In this document: in pieces, positions 37,425 to 46,137 of the stretch
How positions within the stretch are numbered: the stretch's first letter is position 1
How the letters are laid out: each line of letters begins with the position of its first letter
Origin: Candidatus Peribacteria bacterium RIFCSPLOWO2_12_FULL_55_15
GTDB taxonomy: Bacteria; Patescibacteriota; Gracilibacteria; Peribacterales; Peribacteraceae
Length of the DNA: 64,000 nucleotides
Direction of reading: 5' to 3'
Assembly (NCBI GenBank): GCA_001789045.1
Contig: MFYG01000021.1
Span: 13,341 to 77,340 of the forward strand
The notes under the pieces: generated by a model
What the model was told of the DNA's origin: nothing
Seen by the model: only the letters and a program-made list of their open reading frames with translations
Databases searched by the model: none
Translations under genes and position numbers: made by a program

Positions 37425-38273
37425 ATGTCTTCCGAACACGTTCCGCGTAACTACGACGATATCCCCATTCGTCGCTCCTACGACAGGGAGGTGACGCGTC
37501 CACTGGCAGGATTGAAAGTGGGAACTGTGACGACACTACGGCGACTCCGATACGGGTCCCACAATTACCATTTACTGTCGGTGCAGTATCCAGCAGCATT
37601 CGCTCCCGAACGTCCGACGGTGTTGGTGTCTGGCGGCGTGCATGGCGATGAGCCGGCTGGCGTGTATGCGCTTCTGGATTTTCTCAACAGCGGAGTGCGG
37701 GAATACGGCGATCGATGTAATTTTGTCGTGTTTCCGTGTGTGAATCCGAGTGGTTTCGAGGCGGATACGCGTTGTGCTATGAATGGCGTGGATCTCAATC
37801 GTTCCTTCGGCGTCGGCAGCGCGCAGCCGGAGGTGGCGGCGCTTGAGGAATGGCTGCGCAACGATGTGCGCCGGTTTCGTCTGCACATCGATCTCCACGA
37901 GGATAATCCCGAAGCACCTCGAGAAGAGGGCGAAGAGGGAGAGGAGAACCCCCGTGCATGTTACCTATACGAATGGATGTGCGATCACCGGCGTCGCATC
38001 GGGCGGCAGTTGATCGATGCGCTGCCGCATGGGGCAGCGGTGTGCTTGCTGCCGATGATTTGGCGGGAGGCGAATGATCGCGGGGTCATCGCCTATTCCG
38101 AAGCGTTTCGCAATGCCAAGTACGTTGTGGGGCCGTTGGATGCCTACACAATGAAACACCGGACTGATCACACTATTGTCACGGAGACGCCTGTGATCTG
38201 GTCGATGGAGAAGAGGATTGCCGTGCAGCGGTTGTGGTTACGGAAAGCGTTGGAGCTTGTGCTCGCCGGGTAG
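37425..38273 (+). CDS. M14-family zinc carboxypeptidase-like / succinylglutamate desuccinylase-aspartoacylase-like protein
   Basis: VSGGVHGDEPAG (HxxE zinc site), NPSGF, DLNRSF and DLHED are present. Confidence 0.65.
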   Translation: MSSEHVPRNYDDIPIRRSYDREVTRPLAGLKVGTVTTLRRLRYGSHNYHLLSVQYPAAFAPERPTVLVSGGVHGDEPAGVYALLDFLNSGVREYGDRCNFVVFPCVNPSGFEADTRCAMNGVDLNRSFGVGSAQPEVAALEEWLRNDVRRFRLHIDLHEDNPEAPREEGEEGEENPRACYLYEWMCDHRRRIGRQLIDALPHGAAVCLLPMIWREANDRGVIAYSEAFRNAKYVVGPLDAYTMKHRTDHTIVTETPVIWSMEKRIAVQRLWLRKALELVLAG

Positions 38274-38367
38274 TTTCTCCCCTCACCGTGTACCCTCTCC
38301 CCCTGCCCCTCCCCCTTTGTGAAGGGTGATGGGAGTAAGGGGGTCAGTCTTGCAATGAGATGTCTCT

Positions 38368-40491
38368 ATGGTAGTATCACCCCCTTTTCCACCTTCTTCT
38401 ATGCCTGAAGTGTCCGATACTCTCCCAGTAGCCACCATTCCTCCAGTCACGGAGGTACCGGCTCCCGCTATCCGTCTTGAGCTTGGTGAACGTCTTCAAT
38501 CTCTCCTTTCTCCTAAGGAACTCCAGAGTGAGGATCTCGATACGGTGCAGGAGTTCATCGAGCGAGGGGGGAGACTCATGGCGATCGACTATACGAAGCT
38601 TCCTCCGGAGGAGAAGCAAGAGGGGTTCCGGAAGGCGCGGGAGTACCTGAATCAGCCGATGCATTCGGTCGTTGCCGGGGTTTCGGTAGAGAATCCCGAT
38701 CGTGTGTACCACCATCCGAATCCGAACGATCCAGCAGAGACATTTGCGCCGATTAATCCTCTCCCGCGTGAATGCGTGGAAGAAGTGATGGACATTGCGA
38801 TGGATGAGGAGCGATGCCCGACGTGGGACGGACAGGAGAACTTTACGGAGCGCCAAAAGGTCATCGACCAGTTCATCGCAAGTGTATACCAAGATCGTGC
38901 GACGCTCGCCGGTCTCATGGCGCTCTGTCAGGGGAAGACGGGTTTCGAGGTCTATCGTGACATGCAGGAGCTCTTCGATTTCTGGCGGGAGTATCGAGAG
39001 GTGCAGGAGGTGATGCGTTACAATGAATCACTCTTACGTAGCAATGGCGATACCACGCTCGAATATCGACCGCTCGATGGGGTGGTTGGTATTTGGCAAC
39101 CCTTCAATTTTAGTTGCATTGGGGCAGGGGACACGATGGGTGCGCTCCTCATGGGGAACTCCGTCGTCATCCATACATCGGCCCGCAATGTTGGTACGTA
39201 CAAGTGGCTGTACGACAAACTCCTGGAGGCCGGCGTGCCGCCGGAACGGGTGCAGTTCGTGATTCCGCACGACGATCCTGATCCGGCGAAAATTGACAAA
39301 TCCATGTCCGAGGCGCTTGCAGCGCACCCCTATATGCAGCTCATCCAGTTCACGGGGTCGCATAAAGTTGCGAAAGATCTCCATAAAATCCAGGCTCAGA
39401 AGGTGCAGGATCCGGAGGGGATTGGCCGTCTCGATTACAAACTCCAGGCGGAGGCGGGCGGGTACAATCCCTTTGTCATCACGGGGTTGCCGGACGGGGC
39501 GATGAAACCTCTCCATGCGTTCCTCGTCGCAGGAGGGCATGAGGATGATGAGCCGACAGCGGAAGCGTGGGATGAGTTCTTCGCTCGTCTCGAGCAGGAA
39601 GGTGGGACATTGCAGAATCTTCTCAATGCTGCTGTTGATTCTGTGACAGGACTGCAAGCGCACAAGTGTTCATCGTGCAAAGAATTCATTGTTGCCGTTG
39701 ATGAGCGGGAATTCGATGGTCTGAGTCTCTGGAATGCGGCAATGTTAAAACTCCTCATTACAGAGCGCCTGAAGCGTGTGAAAATCGGTCCAGCCGAAGG
39801 TGGGGAAGCGGAGATGGGATCGCTGATTGATCAGAAGATGCATAACTCCGTACGCACGAGCCTCATGCAGATTGTGCAGGAGGGAGGTGTTCCTCTTACG
39901 GCCGCAACGATAGAGGAGGCAATGGATGCTTTTGTGGGTCTACCGCATGCAATGGTGCCGGTACTCTACGAAGTCCCGCAGGGGAATCTTGATACGATGG
40001 ACAAGGTGGAGGTCTTTGCGCCAGTCGTGCGGTGGAATGAAGTGAAGGGGATCAATGCTGCTCTCTGCCGTGCGAACGATCTGGAGTATGCCCTCACCGC
40101 CACGGTGGTTGCTCCCACGGAGAGTGAGGCAAAGTGGCTGCGTTCGCAGATGCCGCAGGGGGTGGTCTACGTGAGTAGTGATGATGGCAAGATCGATGGG
40201 TGCACAGGAGCACCCGCGCCGCAGATCCCTTTTGGCGGGAGCGCGAAATCGGGAACGGGCTCTGCGTATCGTCCGGGGAATAGTCGCACTCCTCTGGCGT
40301 TTGCACAGGAAGTCTCCTTTCCTCGTGTCAGTCGTGGAAATTGGGGAAAAGGATTACATCCTTCGCCGACTGGCGATGTCCTCGATGGCGTTTTCCGGCG
40401 GGATCCGGAGGGAGTTGCTGTGTGGGTGCGGGAGAATGTGAAGGTGATGGTGGGCGGGGGTGGACTTGAACCACCGACCGCAGGTTTATAA
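38368..40491 (+). CDS. Divergent aldehyde dehydrogenase superfamily protein (P5C-dehydrogenase-like) with a long N-terminal extension and internal insertion
   Basis: IWQPFNFSCIGAGD...GNSVVIHTS, IQFTGSHKVAKD, EAGGYNPFVI, HKCSS (catalytic Cys context) and PFGGSAKSGTGS are present. The last 44 nt overlap tRNA-Ile on the opposite strand. Confidence 0.65.
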   Translation: MVVSPPFPPSSMPEVSDTLPVATIPPVTEVPAPAIRLELGERLQSLLSPKELQSEDLDTVQEFIERGGRLMAIDYTKLPPEEKQEGFRKAREYLNQPMHSVVAGVSVENPDRVYHHPNPNDPAETFAPINPLPRECVEEVMDIAMDEERCPTWDGQENFTERQKVIDQFIASVYQDRATLAGLMALCQGKTGFEVYRDMQELFDFWREYREVQEVMRYNESLLRSNGDTTLEYRPLDGVVGIWQPFNFSCIGAGDTMGALLMGNSVVIHTSARNVGTYKWLYDKLLEAGVPPERVQFVIPHDDPDPAKIDKSMSEALAAHPYMQLIQFTGSHKVAKDLHKIQAQKVQDPEGIGRLDYKLQAEAGGYNPFVITGLPDGAMKPLHAFLVAGGHEDDEPTAEAWDEFFARLEQEGGTLQNLLNAAVDSVTGLQAHKCSSCKEFIVAVDEREFDGLSLWNAAMLKLLITERLKRVKIGPAEGGEAEMGSLIDQKMHNSVRTSLMQIVQEGGVPLTAATIEEAMDAFVGLPHAMVPVLYEVPQGNLDTMDKVEVFAPVVRWNEVKGINAALCRANDLEYALTATVVAPTESEAKWLRSQMPQGVVYVSSDDGKIDGCTGAPAPQIPFGGSAKSGTGSAYRPGNSRTPLAFAQEVSFPRVSRGNWGKGLHPSPTGDVLDGVFRRDPEGVAVWVRENVKVMVGGGGLEPPTAGL

Positions 40492-40524
40492 GTCCTGTGC
40501 TCTAACCAACTGAGCTACCCGCCC
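40448..40524 (-). tRNA. tRNA-Ile (anticodon TAT), CCA encoded
   Basis: The reverse complement is GGGCGGG-TA-GCTC-AGTTGGTTA-GAGC-A-CAGGA-CTTATAA-ACCTG-CGGTC-GGTGG-TTCAAGT-CCACC-CCCGCCC-A-CCA. The body resembles minor tRNA-Ile. Note the A31:A39 mismatch. Confidence 0.72.
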
Positions 40525-40547
40525 ATAGGATCATTATACTGTACTTC

Positions 40548-40626
40548 GTCAGGCAGGAATGCCTGACCTAAAACATTATCCCTGGTCAGGCCATGCATTC
40601 TTGCATGGCTGATAGCTTGCCTGACC
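40548..40626. repeat. Two hairpins of the GGCAGGAATGCC family between rplI and tRNA-Ile
   Basis: GTCAGGCA-GGAA-TGCCTGAC (40548-40567). Composite GGTCAGGC[CATGCA-TTCT-TGCATG]..GCCTGACC (40584-40626). Confidence 0.65.
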
Positions 40627-40630
40627 TTTA

Positions 40631-41092
40631 CTATGATTTTCCTTTCGATTGTTCCGCCGTAATGTTGACGGTCAACGGTTGTTCCACTGCACCGATGGTA
40701 ATAGCGACGGTGAAGGTGCCGAGGGCTTTGATTTGGGATGGGATTGCGATGGCCTCCGGTGGGATCTCGAGGTTGTGCTGTTCTTTCAGTGCTTCGCTGA
40801 TCGCTTTCTCGGAGATCGCCGCGTAGAGCTTGCCGGTCTTCGTGGTTTTCTTTGTGAAGGTGATGAACTTTCCGGCAAGCGCGGCGGCTGCCCCGGCTTG
40901 CAGGGCTTTCTCTTGTTCCTTCTCTTCCATGCGCTTCTTGATGGCTTCCGCGTAGAGCTTGCGGACGGTGGGGGTCGCGACGATGGCGAGGCGGCGTGGG
41001 AGGAGGTAATTCAGCGCAAAACCGTTCTTCACCGTGAGTAGATCGCTTTTCTTGCCGACCGTTGCGACGTCGTGGAGGAGGAGGATGTCCAT
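40631..41092 (-). CDS. rplI: 50S ribosomal protein L9
   Basis: MDILLLHDVATVGKKSDLLTVKNGFALNYLLP is the L9 N-terminal signature. I chose the ATG at 41092. Confidence 0.88.
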   Translation of the reverse strand: MDILLLHDVATVGKKSDLLTVKNGFALNYLLPRRLAIVATPTVRKLYAEAIKKRMEEKEQEKALQAGAAAALAGKFITFTKKTTKTGKLYAAISEKAISEALKEQHNLEIPPEAIAIPSQIKALGTFTVAITIGAVEQPLTVNITAEQSKGKS

Positions 41093-41151
41093 TAGAGTGC
41101 GGCAGCTTGTTGACAGAGGCCCGACGATCTTAGGGGAGGTCTTGAAGAGCG

Positions 41152-42354
41152 TCAAATAGCCTTGTTGACCTCTTGGTCACTTTTTTGCGCTATTGGTGGC
41201 ATATGTGGGAAGGAGATTGCCATATACCATTTCCACGATGTCCGGTCGTTGTCCGGTCCGACGAAGTCGAACCACACTTCTTCGAAGAATGCTCTCTTTA
41301 TGAATCGTTCTGGCATGTCCCATGCCGGGTCTGCGAGCACGACGTATTCCGGTGTGATGTCGATGACGACGGAGTAGTGGTCTCCGTCCCTGTCGAACCA
41401 TCCGACGATGACTGGGATGCCCTGTTTGACGTACTGCTCGACATCTGCGAGCAATCCTTGCTCTTTCTCTGTCACCGTTGCACCGACATGCTGCGCTGCG
41501 CGCACCAAACCTTCATGTTCCGTCCCATGCTCTGTGGACGCACTGGCGAGTACTGCGAGTTCTCCTTCTGTCATTTCCTTCCCAAAGGCGGAGAGCGCAA
41601 TTTTCAGAGAGGCTGGTCCGCACATGTTCTCGCTCTGTTCGCAGTGTTTCACCATGACCGGCCGGCTTTTCCGCGGTTGCTGCGCGACATAGAATTTTTT
41701 GATGATCTCCCGTGAAGAAAGGTTGTAGAAGGGGTATGCCCGTTCACCAGGGAAGGCTGCCCCCTCTTTTCGTCGGAGGATGCGCTCTGCCACCAGTGCG
41801 CATTCGTGGGCGATGTCGTAGGTCAATCCTTCTGTATCCATGCGTTTTCGTTCCTCGAGCTCGTGTTCGAGAACAAAGGGTATCTCGCGTGGGTCCATTT
41901 TCCCTTCAACCCATACCTCATTTTTGGGGATGTAGTTGTACACCAGGTCGTGTCCCCCAAGGACGAACTCCGGGTCCAGATAGCTTCGTACAATTTTCCC
42001 ATCGACAATGCCTATTGTGAGGGGGCCGCGCGTTTCTCTTTGAGTGATGAATGGGGGTGGCGGTTCTCCTCGCAGGAAGCCGATTTTTCTGAGTGCTGTG
42101 ATGAGAGCAGCCCGTGATTCTGCTTGCAACGAGTCTATGATGCGATCACTGGCAAGGAGAAACTCGATTTCGTCGGCGAAGCAATGGTCAACCCATATCT
42201 CATTTTTGGGGATGTAGTATTTCGGAGAATACGTATTCCAGTCGGAGTTTCCTTGGTGGATGATGTTAAAATCCGTGTCGAGAGTGTTACGAATGAGGTA
42301 TGCATCAACGAGCATGATGTTCTCCTGCGCGGTATCGACGGAGGATTTTTCCAT
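41152..42354 (-). CDS. Cytoplasmic protein with a duplicated N-terminal domain and a C-terminal C39-like (papain-fold) cysteine peptidase domain
   Basis: Internal repeat (YIPKNEIWVD... / YIPKNEVWVE...). The C-terminus has NMCGPASLKIAL (Cys), GDHYSVVI (His) and LADP. There is no signal peptide and no ABC transporter fusion. Confidence 0.55.
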   Translation of the reverse strand: MEKSSVDTAQENIMLVDAYLIRNTLDTDFNIIHQGNSDWNTYSPKYYIPKNEIWVDHCFADEIEFLLASDRIIDSLQAESRAALITALRKIGFLRGEPPPPFITQRETRGPLTIGIVDGKIVRSYLDPEFVLGGHDLVYNYIPKNEVWVEGKMDPREIPFVLEHELEERKRMDTEGLTYDIAHECALVAERILRRKEGAAFPGERAYPFYNLSSREIIKKFYVAQQPRKSRPVMVKHCEQSENMCGPASLKIALSAFGKEMTEGELAVLASASTEHGTEHEGLVRAAQHVGATVTEKEQGLLADVEQYVKQGIPVIVGWFDRDGDHYSVVIDITPEYVVLADPAWDMPERFIKRAFFEEVWFDFVGPDNDRTSWKWYMAISFPHMPPIAQKSDQEVNKAI

Positions 42355-42387
42355 ATATTCGCCACTGCCAAAGTAGGTGTTTTTTTC

Positions 42388-43539
42388 CTATTGTGGATTG
42401 CGTTGAATTATTTTTTGGTGTCGCGTATGTATTGAGATGCTGAGTATGATGCCAAAGAGGAAGAATGCGGCGAGGAATTTTCCGAGCGTGCTCAGAAATA
42501 GTGCAGCGACACCAAATCCTATTCCGAAAAATATATTCATTCCAATAATGCGTCGTTCGGACCATCCCCGTGCAAGGAGGCGGTGGTGGAGATGTTCGCC
42601 CTGCGTGCTACCGGAGAAAGGAGAGCGACCGGCAACGATGCGTTGCGCAATGACGATGAGGCAATCAGTGAAGGGGACGCCGAAGGCGAGGAATGCCGTA
42701 GCAACTTTTCCTCCGGCGTAGATCGTGAGGATGCCGAGCATGAGGCCGAAGAACATCGTGCCGGTGTCGCCCATAATGGTGCGGGGAAATTGAAAATTAA
42801 GAATTGAGAATTGAAAATTCCGTTGTAGTGGGAAGTCAAATAGAAAGCAGCCTGCTGCGATGCTTGCGAGGATGAAGGCGAGGAGCGCAACGGATGGCTG
42901 GTTGACGCGTGTGCTCAGCGCGAGGAGGCCGATCACCGCGAAGCCGATCACCGAAAGGCCGCTTACTTGCCCCGTGATGCCGTCGAACCAGTTGAGGGCA
43001 TTCATGGCGAGGCAGAGCCATGTTACTGTGAATATGCCGGAGAGGAGGGGGAGGGGAGTGAGGAAAATTGAAAATTGAAAATTGAAAATTGAAAATTGCG
43101 ATGGGATGTCAATCGCATCGAGTTTGAGGTAGGGGATTCCTGTCAGGTATTCCAGTGGGTTGGTGATGGTGTATATGCGGCTTCCGGTTGCAAAAATGAT
43201 GATGGCGGCAATGATCTGGATTGCGAGACGGAAGGAGGGGGGGAGGGGAGTGCGGTCGTCGATGAAAGAGACGAGTCCGAGGAGGAGGATGCCGGCGATG
43301 ATGCCGGTGTTTTGGGAATTAAGAATTGAGAATTGAGAATTGAGAATGGGGGTGACGAGGATAAAGAAAATGAGGAATACGAGGATGGCAACAATTCCTG
43401 TGGGGTAGGGGAGTCGTAGGCGGCGGAGGCTGTAGCGCTCGGGGAAGTCGAGGAGGCCAATACGCGGAAAGATGTACGTTGCAGCAGCGTGGAGAATGAC
43501 GCAGAGCGTGAAGGCTAGTACAGGAGTCCAGAACAACAT
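42388..43539 (-). CDS. Glycosyltransferase family 4 (WecA/TagO/MraY-like polyprenyl-phosphate sugar-1-phosphate transferase) carrying three heptanucleotide-repeat insertions
   Basis: VSFIDDRTP, NALNWFDGITG (NxxNxxDGxDG) and IMGDTGTMFFG are present in a polytopic membrane protein. Confidence 0.8.
   Translation of the reverse strand: MLFWTPVLAFTLCVILHAAATYIFPRIGLLDFPERYSLRRLRLPYPTGIVAILVFLIFFILVTPILNSQFSILNSQNTGIIAGILLLGLVSFIDDRTPLPPSFRLAIQIIAAIIIFATGSRIYTITNPLEYLTGIPYLKLDAIDIPSQFSIFNFQFSIFLTPLPLLSGIFTVTWLCLAMNALNWFDGITGQVSGLSVIGFAVIGLLALSTRVNQPSVALLAFILASIAAGCFLFDFPLQRNFQFSILNFQFPRTIMGDTGTMFFGLMLGILTIYAGGKVATAFLAFGVPFTDCLIVIAQRIVAGRSPFSGSTQGEHLHHRLLARGWSERRIIGMNIFFGIGFGVAALFLSTLGKFLAAFFLFGIILSISIHTRHQKIIQRNPQ
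42785..42819 (-). repeat. Heptanucleotide tandem tract A (5 units; plus strand GGAAATT GAAAATT AAGAATT GAGAATT GAAAATT)
   Basis: Read directly from the sequence. It encodes NFQFSILNFQF, immediately before the conserved P-x-x-I-M-G-D-T-G catalytic loop. Confidence 0.9.
43063..43097 (-). repeat. Heptanucleotide tandem tract B (5 perfect GAAAATT units on the plus strand)
   Basis: Read directly from the sequence. It encodes SQFSIFNFQFSIF. Confidence 0.92.
43314..43348 (-). repeat. Heptanucleotide tandem tract C (GGGAATT AAGAATT GAGAATT GAGAATT GAGAATG on the plus strand)
   Basis: Read directly from the sequence. It encodes ILNSQFSILNSQ. Confidence 0.9.
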
Positions 43540-43576
43540 GTATATAAGTGTAGCAATAGTTCTGTATTATTGATCC

Positions 43577-44776
43577 ATGCAGTATCGGACTCTTGATCAG
43601 GCGGACATGCGGGGGAAGCGTGTGCTGTTGCGGGCGGGGTTCGATGTTCCCATGGAGCATGGCCGTGTTCTCGATGCGGAGCGCGTACGGGCGGTGCTTT
43701 CCACCATGCGCGCCATCCTCGATGCGGGGGCGTCCCTCATTCTCCTCGCGCATCAGGGCCGGCCGAAGGGGGAGGGGTTTGAGGCTGTATTCAGCCAGAA
43801 ACCACTTGTTCCAGTCCTTGAGAAACTCCTCAATGTCTCTGTTGCATTTGCCCCGTCGTGCGTGGGTCCAGAAACCCTGGCCCTTGCTCTGGCCCTTCGC
43901 CCCGGTCAGGTTCTCCTCCTCGAAAATCTCCGCTTCCATAAGGGGGAGAAGAAGAACGACCCCGCGTTTGCCAAGGAGCTCGCGCACCTTGGCGATTTGT
44001 ATGTCAATGATGCCTTTCCGAATATGCACCGGTCGGATGCGAGCATGGTTTGGGTGGCGAAGCTCTTGCCGTCGTACATGGGCATCCGTTGCGCGGAGGA
44101 GGTGCGGCATCTCTCATCCGTTCTCGAGGATCCGCGCCGGCCTTTGACGGTCATTATTGGGGGGGCGAAGATGGAAACGAAAATTCCCGTTATTGCGTCG
44201 TTTCTCACATCTGCGGATGACATTCTCCTCGGTGGAACAATCGCGAACACGTTCATTGCCGCGCGGGGGTTTGCAGTCGGCCGATCGAAGTATGAGCCGG
44301 CGTTCGTGCCGCGGGCACAGGAGTTCATGTTGGAGGGGGAGAAAGAGGACTTGGCAGACATTCACGTTCCTCGCGATGCGGTGGTGGCGAGCGAGCCGAA
44401 GGAGGGGGCCGCCACGCTGGACATTCCTTTGGAGGATATCGAGGGCGACATGGCGATCTATGACATCGGCTCGGTGACGGCGGAGCGGTACGCCGTGCGC
44501 ATCGCGGCGTCGGGAATGGTGGTGTGGAACGGGCCGGTGGGAATCTATGAAGTTCCCACGTTTTCCCGCGGCACGCGGCGGCTTGCGGAAGCCATCGCAC
44601 GCGCGACGCGGGAGAGGGGAGTTGCGTCGATTGTGGGAGGCGGCGACACGCTGGATTTTCACAAGCGCTGCGGTCTGGATCTCTCCCCGTACTCGTTCGT
44701 GAGCACGGGTGGGGGAGCTATGCTTGAGTTTCTCTCAGGGAGGCAATTTCACGCACTGGAAGCCCTGTCTCTGTGA
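43577..44776 (+). CDS. pgk: Phosphoglycerate kinase
   Basis: KRVLLRAGFDVP, HQGRPKG, GGAKMETKI and GGGDT are present. Confidence 0.95.
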   Translation: MQYRTLDQADMRGKRVLLRAGFDVPMEHGRVLDAERVRAVLSTMRAILDAGASLILLAHQGRPKGEGFEAVFSQKPLVPVLEKLLNVSVAFAPSCVGPETLALALALRPGQVLLLENLRFHKGEKKNDPAFAKELAHLGDLYVNDAFPNMHRSDASMVWVAKLLPSYMGIRCAEEVRHLSSVLEDPRRPLTVIIGGAKMETKIPVIASFLTSADDILLGGTIANTFIAARGFAVGRSKYEPAFVPRAQEFMLEGEKEDLADIHVPRDAVVASEPKEGAATLDIPLEDIEGDMAIYDIGSVTAERYAVRIAASGMVVWNGPVGIYEVPTFSRGTRRLAEAIARATRERGVASIVGGGDTLDFHKRCGLDLSPYSFVSTGGGAMLEFLSGRQFHALEALSL

Positions 44777-46041
44777 CAATCATTTCTTCTACACAGGCTA
44801 AGCTTCATGCGTATTTTGATGGTGGCCTCTTTCCCCTTCCACGGCTACGTGTATTTTGCCTGGTTGGAGTAAGTGTTCTTCTGTTTTTCTTTGTTGTAGG
44901 ACGTCTTCTTCCATCTGCAGAAGTGCGAGTAATGTCCAGGGAGGACACCATTAGCCGTACGGCGAATATTTTCCTTGTTCTTTCTGGTTCTCTTGCGGAT
45001 GTCCCGCGCCGCGTGCGGGTGCTGCCTCTTATTCCTCTGACTGCTGTGTTGCAGGAGACAGTGACGTTCGACCAGATAAGTAAGAAATTTATGGGGATGT
45101 CTGCAGAGGTTTGGATGACTATCGTTAATACATCGGCGGAAGAGTATTCTTTTCAGAAAGGGACGCGTTTTATGAATCAAGCTGGCGTCATTGTTCGTCT
45201 TCAGGAGAGTGTACGGATTCCTGTGGGGGGGACCTCTCGCGTGCGTGCGAAGGCGGATGAGTTTGATGTGTACGGAGAGATCATTGGTGAGCGGGGGAAT
45301 ATTCCTGCCGGTCTCAAATGGGAAATCCCCGGTCTTTCCAAGGAAGAGCGAACGCGTGTCTATGGTGAAAATTTGCAGGCGGGAACGGGGGGAACGACAC
45401 TCTACAGCACAGTGCTCCGCGCGGAGGATTTGCAGGCGGCGCAGCGCATGCTTGAGCAGGAACTCCTGACAGCCGCCAAACAGATGGTTGAGGAAGAACG
45501 TGTTTTATGGAATGCCCAAAAGGAAAATGCGTGGCTGGAGATTCTTTATTACCCAGAACTTACTCGGCTTACATATGCAGATTTCATTCTTCCTAAGCAG
45601 TTCATTGGTGAGGAAGTACGCACGGTTCCCGTGGAGGGACGCATTACGTACACAGTTCTTGCCTATGATGCCCAGGCTCTTCTTGATCTCTTGTCTGATG
45701 AACTGACGGCACATGTGCGCGATGAGAGGGAGATTATGCCAGATACCTTCCAGAGGGACAGATTAACCGTTCATGTGATTGATTACGCAGATGATATCTC
45801 GTGGGTCAAGCTAACTGTGGATCTAAACGGGAAAGAACGGTATGTGCTCGATCAATTCTCTCCCACAGGGGTCGTGTTTGGTCGCCGTGTTCGCGAAAAA
45901 ATTGCTGGACTTTCGCAGAGGGATGCGCTCCAAATTCTCCGGAACATGCCGGAAGTGCAAAAAGCAGAAATTTCTCTCTGGCCACCATGGAATACCAGGA
46001 TATCGACGATACCATCGCATATTGTTATTACAGAGCAGTGA
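44773..46041 (+). CDS. Hypothetical membrane-anchored protein (422 aa); weak resemblance to baseplate-J-like proteins
   Basis: The GTG start overlaps the pgk stop (GTGA). There is an N-terminal TM (VFCLVGVSVLLFFFVVG). The motif GERGNIPAG is reminiscent of the Baseplate_J G..GN..AG; this was not verified. Confidence 0.5.
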   Translation: MTIISSTQAKLHAYFDGGLFPLPRLRVFCLVGVSVLLFFFVVGRLLPSAEVRVMSREDTISRTANIFLVLSGSLADVPRRVRVLPLIPLTAVLQETVTFDQISKKFMGMSAEVWMTIVNTSAEEYSFQKGTRFMNQAGVIVRLQESVRIPVGGTSRVRAKADEFDVYGEIIGERGNIPAGLKWEIPGLSKEERTRVYGENLQAGTGGTTLYSTVLRAEDLQAAQRMLEQELLTAAKQMVEEERVLWNAQKENAWLEILYYPELTRLTYADFILPKQFIGEEVRTVPVEGRITYTVLAYDAQALLDLLSDELTAHVRDEREIMPDTFQRDRLTVHVIDYADDISWVKLTVDLNGKERYVLDQFSPTGVVFGRRVREKIAGLSQRDALQILRNMPEVQKAEISLWPPWNTRISTIPSHIVITEQ

Positions 46042-46137
46042 AGCCACTTGCTTCGCCATCCCGGCTCTTGTTGGCTTCTGCGGCATGGGATGGTATCAGG
46101 TGTTTCCGTGCATTATGTTTAGTCTGTCCATTGATTC

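Noticed and set aside
33500-38300. A single GC-rich genomic island covering gap, protease, cca and M14
   Set aside because: Other conserved genes such as lepA look equally GC-rich by eye. The heterogeneity seems to track gene conservation rather than one island. Only the protease has independent foreign-looking signals. I did not compute GC content.
42785-43348. Possible CRISPR array because of the short repeats
   Set aside because: The units are 7 nt and directly tandem, with no spacers. They lie inside an intact coding frame, and no cas genes are in the window.
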